The notes below the pieces were generated by a model, which did not search any database, was not told where the DNA came from, and saw nothing but the letters and a program-made list of their open reading frames with translations. The translations under genes and the position numbers were made by a program. Below, in pieces: positions 46,919 to 54,010 of a DNA stretch of 63,277 bases (the first letter of the stretch is position 1; each line of letters starts with the position of its first letter). Source of the DNA: Kiloniellales bacterium (GTDB lineage: Bacteria; Pseudomonadota; Alphaproteobacteria; Kiloniellales; JAKSBE01); NCBI GenBank assembly GCA_028282935.1, contig JANQGU010000093.1, forward strand, positions 1 to 63,277, in the 5' to 3' direction.

Positions 46919-47842
46919 TTGCCTGATGAACAACGAAACAAGCAAATTGTTCCCGAGGACGCTTGGCGGCTGATCCTCGCGGTCCGGCAAAGGCTTCGCG
47001 GTGACGGCTTTCCTCTCGACGGCCTCGGCTTGCGCGGCGACCCGGCCGGGTCGACCGGCTTCGTGGCCGCAAACGAAGCAGACGCGCTGCTCGCGGTCAA
47101 CCGTGATGGCACCTGGACCAGTATTACCGAACCCTCTCAAGAGGTTAGACACCTGCTCGACCTCTATCTGCCGGTCGCGCTGGGCTCCGAGAGCCAGCCC
47201 TCGACCCTGGGCCATCTGGGCCAGAGCCTGGACGGCCGGATCGCGACCGAGGCCGGCGACTCGTACTACGTCACCGGCGAGGAAAACATCCTCCACCTGC
47301 ACCGCCTGCGGGCGCTGAGCGACGCCGTGATCGTCGGCGCCGGCACGGTCCTGCACGACGATCCGCAACTGACAACGCGCCGGGCGCCGGGCGACAACCC
47401 GGTGCGCGTGGTCATCGACACCGAGCGCCGCCTGGAGGGGCACTACAAGGTCTTCACCGACAGTGAGGCGCCGACCCGGCTGGTCAGCCGCGCCGGCGCA
47501 GGGACGGGATCGGACCCGCTGCCGGAGCACGTCCAGGTCATGGAGATCGAGGCCCCGGAGGGCCGGATCCCGCCGGCCGCGATCGTCGCCGCGCTGCGCG
47601 CCGAGGGCCTGCACAGCCTCTTCGTCGAGGGCGGCGGCGTGACGGTCTCGCGCTTCCTGGCCGCCGGGGTACTGGACCGGCTGCAGGTCGCGGTGGCGCC
47701 GCTGATCATCGGCTCCGGACGCCCGGCCTTCACCCTGCCGGCGGTCGACAGCCTGGCCGAGGCGTGGCGCCCGCCCTGCCGCCGCTTCGAGATGGGCGAA
47801 GACGTGCTGTTCGACTTCGATCTGCGGGGGCAGGAGGGCTAA
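46919..47842 (+). CDS. RibD C-terminal domain (DHFR-like pyrimidine/pterin reductase fold) protein without deaminase domain, with ~95-aa N-terminal extension
   Basis: The TTG at 46919 lies 6 nt after GGAGAG. Motifs are GQSLDGRIA, DAVIVGAGTVLHDDPQLT, VRVVID and LFVEGGGVTVSRFL. There is no HAE/PCxxC deaminase motif. Confidence 0.7.
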   Translation: MPDEQRNKQIVPEDAWRLILAVRQRLRGDGFPLDGLGLRGDPAGSTGFVAANEADALLAVNRDGTWTSITEPSQEVRHLLDLYLPVALGSESQPSTLGHLGQSLDGRIATEAGDSYYVTGEENILHLHRLRALSDAVIVGAGTVLHDDPQLTTRRAPGDNPVRVVIDTERRLEGHYKVFTDSEAPTRLVSRAGAGTGSDPLPEHVQVMEIEAPEGRIPPAAIVAALRAEGLHSLFVEGGGVTVSRFLAAGVLDRLQVAVAPLIIGSGRPAFTLPAVDSLAEAWRPPCRRFEMGEDVLFDFDLRGQEG

Positions 47843-47851
47843 GGGGCCTGG

Positions 47852-47966
47852 CCCCTCACCCAGCTCCGGCTAGGCTCGGCCAAAGGCCTCGCCAAGCCTC
47901 CACATCCCTCTCCCCCCGGGAGAGGGAGGGGCCCGCAGCGCGGCAGCGCTGTGGGAGGGTGAGGGG
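47852..47966. repeat. Family B repeat, copy B3 (inverted relative to B1 and B2)
   Basis: CCCCTCACCCAGCTCCGGCTAGGCTCGGC...GCCTCGCCAAGCCTCCACATCCCTCTCCCCCCGGGAGAGGGAGG...GGGTGAGGGG. Confidence 0.9.
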
Positions 47967-47983
47967 TGCGCCTCTCCCTCTCC

Positions 47984-48790
47984 TCACCCCTCGCTGGGAA
48001 AGGCGAAGAGGTCCTCGTGGCCGACCCGGAGGCGGGCGTCGGCGCGGGTCGCGAGGCGGCGGCGGCGGGCCGCCCAGTCGCGGAGCTCCTCGGCGCGGGC
48101 CGGGCCGATCTCCTCCGCCGCGGCCAGAAAGCCCTCGAGCAGGGCCAGCTGCAGCTTCCGCTCGCCGGCCTCGATGACCCAGTCGCTGGGCGCGGTCTCG
48201 ACCCGGAAGCCCTTGGCGATCAGGGCCCGCGCCATGTGCTTGGGCGCCTCCGGCCCGAGCGCCGGGCCGAAGCCCTTGTCCTCGCCCTGATGCCGGTTGA
48301 AGAGCTCGCGGACCAGTCCATCCAGGCGCTCCGTAGGCCTGAACTCCATGACGCCGTCGTAGGTCAGCACGAAGAAAACCGCGCAGCCGGCCGCCCGGCA
48401 GGCCGCGGCCAGGCGGTCGAACCAGTCCGCCGACACCAGGTCCATCAGCGCCGAACCGGTCACCAGGTCGATCCCGGAAAGATCCAGGCCGGCCAGATCC
48501 TTCGCCAGATCGAGCTGGCGGCAGGCGATCTCGACCCCGGCGGGAACCTCGTTGGCGGCGGCCCGCTCCAGCAGGGCCTCGTCGTGATCGACCAGGGTCC
48601 AGCTCTGCGCCACCTTCAGCCGGGGCGCGAGGAAGCGGAGGTTGGAGCCGGTGCCGCTGCCCAGGTCGAGGATCCGGAGCTTCTGCTTGCCGGCGCAGAA
48701 GGCGGCCAGCCGCTTGGTCAGCTCGGGCGCGCGGGCCCGGGCGTCGGCGGGCTCGCGCAGCGCCAGCCAGTCGGCGGAGAAGCCGCTCAC
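47984..48790 (-). CDS. Class I SAM-dependent methyltransferase
   Basis: It has SAM motif I ILDLGSGTGSN, is 268 aa, and has ATGA overlap with the glycosyltransferase gene. Confidence 0.8.
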   Translation of the reverse strand: MSGFSADWLALREPADARARAPELTKRLAAFCAGKQKLRILDLGSGTGSNLRFLAPRLKVAQSWTLVDHDEALLERAAANEVPAGVEIACRQLDLAKDLAGLDLSGIDLVTGSALMDLVSADWFDRLAAACRAAGCAVFFVLTYDGVMEFRPTERLDGLVRELFNRHQGEDKGFGPALGPEAPKHMARALIAKGFRVETAPSDWVIEAGERKLQLALLEGFLAAAEEIGPARAEELRDWAARRRRLATRADARLRVGHEDLFAFPSEG

Positions 48791-49887
48791 CGTGCCGCCC
48801 CTTCCGCACTGTATCCCCCCGCTCCGTAACCCAGGGCCTCGGCGAAGAGCGCGGCGCTGTCGGACCAGCGCCGCAGGCCGTCACGGGCGCTTCGGGCCTT
48901 GGCGCGGAGCTCGGCGTAGGCGGCCGGCTCCGCGAGCAGGCGGCGCAGCGCCGCGGTCAGCGCGGCCTCGTCGCCCGGCGGCACCAGGATCGAGGCCTCG
49001 GCGGGCGCCGCCTCGGGGATTCCGCCCGTCCGGGTCGCCAGGACCGGGATGCCGTGGGCGACCGCCTCGGGAAAGACCATGCCGTAGCCCTCGTAGTGGG
49101 AGGCCAGCACGAAGAGATCGGCTCCATGATAGAGCGCTTCCAGCTCGGCGTCGCCGATTTCGCCCCGGAAGGTCACACGATCGTCCAGGCCGGCCTCGCC
49201 GCAGAGGCGGCGCAGGCGGCCGGTCCAGTCCGGATCGCGCGCCTGGCTGCCGGCGCAGGTCAGCCGCCAGTCCAGGTCCGCGAGCCGCGCCAGGGCGCCG
49301 AGCAGCAGGTCGTGGCCCTTGCGCGGCACCAGGTTGGCGACGCAGAGCAGGGCTAACCCGCCTTCGCCCGGCCCCCCCGACCCCGAAGCCCCCGACCCCT
49401 CAGCCAGGGGCGCCGGGTCGACCCCGGGCGGCACCGGCGTGATCCGCCCGGCGGGCACGCCGTAGGGCGCCAGGGCCTCGGCGGTGTGCCGGCTGGTGGT
49501 GATGACCTGCGAGACCAGTTCCAGCGCCGTCCTCTCCGAATCGAAGAGCGCCTGCTGCCGCTCGGGGGCCAGGCCGCTCTCGGCGGCCAGGGGATGGTGG
49601 ACCAGGCCGATCAAGTCGAGCCGGGCCGCGGGGCCTTTCAGCTCCTCGGGCAGGACGCCGAGGGCCAGGCCGTCGACCACCACCCTTGCGCCCTCCGGCA
49701 GGCCGGCGAAGAGCGCCCTGGCCTGCGCCCGGGTCGCCGGCGAGGGCTCGGGGAAACCGTCGGGCAGGCTGTGCACCACGACCTCGAGGCCCCGCGCCCG
49801 CAGGCCTTCGATGATCCGGGCATCGTAGATGAAGCCGCCGGTCCGGGTCGCCGGATCGCCGGGCAGGACGAAATGGAGCCCCGTCAC
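48787..49887 (-). CDS. Glycosyltransferase family 4 (GT-B, group 1)
   Basis: It is 366 aa. The C-terminal region has an EX7E-like stretch (SHYEGYGMVFPEAVAHGIPVLATRTGGIPE). Confidence 0.8.
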   Translation of the reverse strand: MTGLHFVLPGDPATRTGGFIYDARIIEGLRARGLEVVVHSLPDGFPEPSPATRAQARALFAGLPEGARVVVDGLALGVLPEELKGPAARLDLIGLVHHPLAAESGLAPERQQALFDSERTALELVSQVITTSRHTAEALAPYGVPAGRITPVPPGVDPAPLAEGSGASGSGGPGEGGLALLCVANLVPRKGHDLLLGALARLADLDWRLTCAGSQARDPDWTGRLRRLCGEAGLDDRVTFRGEIGDAELEALYHGADLFVLASHYEGYGMVFPEAVAHGIPVLATRTGGIPEAAPAEASILVPPGDEAALTAALRRLLAEPAAYAELRAKARSARDGLRRWSDSAALFAEALGYGAGGYSAEGAAR

Positions 49888-49908
49888 GCTGGTTTGCGGC
49901 CCCTCGTC

Positions 49909-50307
49909 CTAAAGAGTGCCTTCGTAAGCCGCCCAGGCCACGTGGGACTCGTTGAGCGTGACCTTGAGCGCGGTGAGGCCCGAGGCGTTGGGGCCCAGGT
50001 CGCCGCGGGCGATGGCAGCCGCCATGCGGTCGAAGATCACCCGGGCCATGAACTCGGTCGTGGTGTTCTTGCCGTCGAACTCGGCCACCTCGTCGAGGTT
50101 CTGGAAGTTGAACTCGCCGAGCGTCTTGTGCAGCTGCTCGCCGGCCAGCCCGATGTCGACCACGATGCCGTCGGCGTCCAGCTCGTCGCGGCGGAACTCG
50201 ACGTCGACCACGTAGGTGGCCCCGTGGAGCTTCTGGGCCGGGCCGAAGACCTCGCCCCGGAAGCTGTGCGCGATCATGAAATGGTCTCTGACGCAGACGC
50301 TGTACAT
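49909..50307 (-). CDS. Atypical 6-pyruvoyl-tetrahydropterin synthase / QueD-fold (T-fold) protein
   Basis: It is 132 aa with FMIAHSF and [12 protein letters not shown]. The canonical CxxxHGH is replaced by AQKLHGA, so the catalytic Cys and the third zinc His are missing. Confidence 0.65.
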   Translation of the reverse strand: MYSVCVRDHFMIAHSFRGEVFGPAQKLHGATYVVDVEFRRDELDADGIVVDIGLAGEQLHKTLGEFNFQNLDEVAEFDGKNTTTEFMARVIFDRMAAAIARGDLGPNASGLTALKVTLNESHVAWAAYEGTL

Positions 50308-50310
50308 TCC

Positions 50311-51288
50311 TCATTCCCCATAGGTGATCCGGTGACAAAGCACACCGGCCGGGGCTTGGTATAGCGAGCGCAGGGTCTCTGGCAATGCCCGAAACGCGGA
50401 CTCGCCGCTGATCAGAGCGTCGAGCCGCGGCTCGGCCAGCAGCTCCAGGGCCTTGGCCAGGCGCCGGCGATGGCTCCAGCGGGCCCGCCGGGCCGTCGCC
50501 ACCTGGCCGACCTGGGACGACTTGAGGGTCAGGCGCCGGGCGTGGAAGGCCTCGCCCAGGGGCAGGGCCACCGCGCGGTCGCCGAACCAGCTCATCTCGA
50601 CCACCGTGGCCTCGAAGCCGGCGAGGCCCAGCGCCGTGACCAGCCCCTCCGGGGCCCCGCTGGCGTGGACCACCAAGTCGCAGTCGGCCGCGGCGGCCTC
50701 CGGCAGGGCGAAGGGGACGCCGAGCGCCTCGGCGATCCCGGCCTTGTCCGGGTCGATGTCGAGGAGCTGCACCCGACAGCCCGGGATCCGCGCCGCCAGG
50801 TGGGCGACCAGGCAGCCGACCACACCGGCACCGATCACCGCGATCCGGTCGCCCGACCGCGGCGCGGCGTCCCAGAGGCCGTTGAGCGCGGTCTCCATGT
50901 TGGCGCCCAGCACGGCGCGGCCGGCGGGCAGGCCCTCGGGCAGGGGCAGCGCCACGGCCTCCGGCACGAGGTAGCGGGTCTGGTGCGGGTGGAGGCAGAA
51001 GACCTCACGGCCCAGAAGCGCCTCGGGGCCCCGCTCGACCAGGCCGACGCTGCAGTAGCCGTACTTGACCGGCCAGGGAAAGTCGCCCTCCTGGAAGGGC
51101 GCGCGCATGGCCTGGTACTGGCTGGCTGGCACCCCGCCGCCGAAGACCAGGCACTCGGTGCCGCGGCTGATGCCGCTGAACAGCGCCCGGACCAGGACCT
51201 CGCCTTCGCCGGGCGCCGGCAGCTCGGCGGCGCGGATCTCGCCGGCCAGCGGCCCGGTGATCCAGAAGGCCTCGGCGGCGTCTGTCAC
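50311..51288 (-). CDS. Medium-chain dehydrogenase/reductase, BchC-like (no catalytic-zinc Cys/His)
   Basis: It has a GroES-like N-domain with GISRGTE in place of GxCGSDxH, and a Rossmann motif [13 protein letters not shown]; 325 aa. Confidence 0.75.
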   Translation of the reverse strand: MTDAAEAFWITGPLAGEIRAAELPAPGEGEVLVRALFSGISRGTECLVFGGGVPASQYQAMRAPFQEGDFPWPVKYGYCSVGLVERGPEALLGREVFCLHPHQTRYLVPEAVALPLPEGLPAGRAVLGANMETALNGLWDAAPRSGDRIAVIGAGVVGCLVAHLAARIPGCRVQLLDIDPDKAGIAEALGVPFALPEAAAADCDLVVHASGAPEGLVTALGLAGFEATVVEMSWFGDRAVALPLGEAFHARRLTLKSSQVGQVATARRARWSHRRRLAKALELLAEPRLDALISGESAFRALPETLRSLYQAPAGVLCHRITYGE

Positions 51289-51294
51289 GGCGGG

Positions 51295-52047
51295 TCAGGC
51301 CCGGGCTTTGAGGCGGCAGTAGACGTCACCCGAGAGGTCGTCGATGGCCAGGTTGTCGAGCCAGGCGCCCAGGGCGCCGGCGTCGCTCCACTGCGGCAGC
51401 TCGAAGCGCATGTGCTCGCCCATGGAGACGTTGAACTCGTAGTCGCCGAGCGTCAGCAGACGCTCGATGCAGGCGTGGGCGCCGTCGAGCGCGGCCGGGA
51501 TGAACTCGAAGGAGAGGCAGGGCAGGGCCGCGCCCAGGCCCTTCAGGACCTCCGGCTCGAAGCCCTCGACGTCGATCTTGCAGTAGGCCGGCGGGCCGTG
51601 CTGCGCGATCAGGCTGTCGAGGGTGGTGACCTCGACGGTGACGCGGCTGTCCCAGGAGACCTGGCTGAAGGAGGCGGCGCGCCCGACCGACTTGATCCAG
51701 TCGCGCGACAGGGTAGTCACCGTCGGAAAGCGGCTGCTGACGTAGAGCTCGGCCTCGCCGGGGCCGGCGCCCAGGGCCTTGTCGACCAGGGTGACCTCGG
51801 GGTTGTCGCCGTAGAGCCGGCGCAGCAGCCACTGGAAGCGGGGCTGCGGCTCGACCGCGACCACCTTGGCGCCGAGCTTGAGCATGGTCCGGATATGGTT
51901 GCCGACGTGCGCCCCGACGTCGAAGCAGAGGTCGCCGGGGTTGATGAACTGCCGGTAGAAGCTCCGGTGGGCCCGGCTGCGCAGCGGGTTTCCATAGTAG
52001 ATCGAGACCGAACGGGCGAGCCCGCGGAGCTCGCTGAAGGCCATCAT
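51295..52047 (-). CDS. FkbM family methyltransferase
   Basis: ATGATG at 52047 lies 11 nt after GGGAGGA. Motifs are FDVGAHVGNH, AVEPQP and KIDVEGFE. Confidence 0.8.
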   Translation of the reverse strand: MMAFSELRGLARSVSIYYGNPLRSRAHRSFYRQFINPGDLCFDVGAHVGNHIRTMLKLGAKVVAVEPQPRFQWLLRRLYGDNPEVTLVDKALGAGPGEAELYVSSRFPTVTTLSRDWIKSVGRAASFSQVSWDSRVTVEVTTLDSLIAQHGPPAYCKIDVEGFEPEVLKGLGAALPCLSFEFIPAALDGAHACIERLLTLGDYEFNVSMGEHMRFELPQWSDAGALGAWLDNLAIDDLSGDVYCRLKARA

Positions 52048-52072
52048 GACAGCTCTTGTCCTCCCAAAGCTG

Positions 52073-52097
52073 GCGCCCGCCGGGGAGCGGCGGGCGC
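52073..52097 (-). other. Perfect 10-bp stem-loop between the CDP-OH-transferase/YceI gene and the FkbM gene
   Basis: GCGCCCGCCG-gggag-CGGCGGGCGC lies 10 nt after the stop. It has only a weak U-tract, so it may be a partial terminator. Confidence 0.35.
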
Positions 52098-52106
52098 GAC
52101 AGGCAT

Positions 52107-53513
52107 CTAGTCCTGGCGGATCGCCTCGAACTCGATGATCAGCTCGACCTCGTCGCCGACCCAGCCGTTCTCGACGGCGTAGGTCATGCCGAACTCGCTG
52201 CGCTTCACGGTGCCGCGCACCGAGACGCCGACGACGTAGGGCGGGCCGGCGCCGAAGGGGTAGTCGCCGATCTTGTTCTTGGTGACCTGCAGGGTGATCG
52301 GCCGGGTGACGCCCAGGATGGTCAGGTCGCCGGTCACCTCGCCGCTGTTCTCGCCGGTGGCGCGGGCCTCGCGGCCGACGAAGCGGATCTCCGGATGGTC
52401 GTCGACGTCGAGGAAGTCGCCGCCCTTGACGTGCTCGTCGCGCCGGTCGTGGTTGGTGAAGACGCTGTCGGCCTGGATCGTCACCTCGATATCGGAGACC
52501 GCGGGCGCGGCCTCGTCGAAGGTGAAGCTGCCGCCGCCCTTGAGGAACATGCCCAGGGTGTCGGCATAGCCGATGTGGTGCACCAGGAAGCCGACGCTGA
52601 AATGGGCCGGGTCGATCTCGTAGCGGGCCGACGCCGCCTTGGCCGGCGACGCCACGGCGAGCGACAGGACGCCGCCCAGGACCGCGACCAGGGCCAGCCA
52701 GGTCGCGCGCTGGCTGCAGGCCAGCCATCTCGAATCTCTCGACACGCTTTCTTGTCTCCTCTGCCAAGCCTGTCCGATCAGCCCGGAAACGTCGCGGACG
52801 AAGGACGCGATCAACGCGGTCAGGCCGATCGCCGCGAGCCAGGCGCTCCAGTCGGCCGGCACGACGGGTGCCAAGCATATGACCAGCGCACCGACTTGTA
52901 GAGCGCAGATTGCCTTACGGCGCAAGCTGGGCGGCAGGGGCGCGCGCAGCGGCGCCCAGGCCAGGCTGGCGGCGACGAAGAGGTAGCGCAGCAGCCCGGA
53001 CAGCAGGATCCAGGGCCCCGCCTTCTCGGCGTTCAGGACCAGCAACGAGAGCACCAGGACGAAAAGGGCATCGGTCTCCATGTCGAAGCGGGCGCCAAAG
53101 TGGGTGCATTCCTGGCGTTTCCGGGCCACCCAGCCGTCGACGCCGTCGAGCAGGAAGGCGACCAGGGCCAGGGAGAAGAACAGCCAGGACAGCCGCGCGT
53201 CCAGCGCGGCCAGCACCAGAGCCCCGGCGAGCGGGCAGATCAGGATCGCCCGGGCCAGCGTGATCCCGTTGGCGCAGCCGAAGCTGCCGCCGGGCAGGAA
53301 GCGGCTGGCCGCGACCAGCACCCCCAGGACGACCAGGGCGCCCAGGCACAGCGAGGCGGCATAGTAGGGCAGGCCCAGGTCCATGCCCGTGGCAATGCCG
53401 GCGGTGAGGCCGGTCAGGAGGGTGGTCGCGCCGAGCAAGGCCAGGACGATGCTGGGAGCGGGGACGGTCGGCAGGCTGGTCGGTCTCGGTCGCATTCTTG
53501 GTCTCGGGATCAT
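52107..53513 (-). CDS. CDP-alcohol phosphatidyltransferase fused in frame to a periplasmic YceI-like (polyisoprenoid/lipid-binding) domain
   Basis: The N-terminal multi-TM part has a complete DGx2ARx8Gx3Dx3D motif (DGVDGWVARKRQECTHFGARFDMETD). One extra TM/signal-like segment (WLALVAVLGGVLSLAVASPAKAA) follows. Then comes a YceI domain (YEIDPAHFSVGF...TGDLTILGVTRPI...EFEAI). There is no stop codon between the two parts. Confidence 0.75.
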   Translation of the reverse strand: MIPRPRMRPRPTSLPTVPAPSIVLALLGATTLLTGLTAGIATGMDLGLPYYAASLCLGALVVLGVLVAASRFLPGGSFGCANGITLARAILICPLAGALVLAALDARLSWLFFSLALVAFLLDGVDGWVARKRQECTHFGARFDMETDALFVLVLSLLVLNAEKAGPWILLSGLLRYLFVAASLAWAPLRAPLPPSLRRKAICALQVGALVICLAPVVPADWSAWLAAIGLTALIASFVRDVSGLIGQAWQRRQESVSRDSRWLACSQRATWLALVAVLGGVLSLAVASPAKAASARYEIDPAHFSVGFLVHHIGYADTLGMFLKGGGSFTFDEAAPAVSDIEVTIQADSVFTNHDRRDEHVKGGDFLDVDDHPEIRFVGREARATGENSGEVTGDLTILGVTRPITLQVTKNKIGDYPFGAGPPYVVGVSVRGTVKRSEFGMTYAVENGWVGDEVELIIEFEAIRQD

Positions 53514-54010
53514 TTTTGTCCCCTGAGGTGTTTATCAGGGCGGTTCCTAGTCTAACGCCGGGCGGTCCCGGTCTATTCCGTGCCGCCCAAATCCGACTGG
53601 CCCCCCGACTGGGCCGTGAACAACAATGGTCACGAAACCGTGGCCAGCCCTGGCGAAGAGGCCCAAAAGGCTTTATGTCCTTGGCGCGATGCGGGCCCAG
53701 GTCCAGCCGACCGGGGCCGCCGGAAAAACCGGCGGGGATGAGGCTGGACCGACGGCTCGAATCACTTGCCGCAGAACGAATTTCCTGCGGTGTCGCCAGG
53801 TTCGGCCCGTCGGGGGAGACGGATTAACTATATGCCGTGGGAGGATGCCTGCCGTGAAGACTTCGCTAAATATTGCCACAAAACTGTTCCTTTTCGTTGC
53901 GCTGCACAACAGCCAGTTTTCCCGCCGTGCGAGTGCATGAAGTCTCCCGCTTCCTGCGTTTGGACACTACGGACCTGTCAACAACTACTGGTTGAATTGC
54001 TTTGCGTGCC

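Noticed and set aside
52107-52745. YceI as an independent gene starting at the internal GTG at 52745.
   Set aside because: There is no stop codon between the CDP-alcohol transferase part and the YceI part, so the primary product must be the fusion. The internal start is kept only as a secondary possibility in the corresponding finding.
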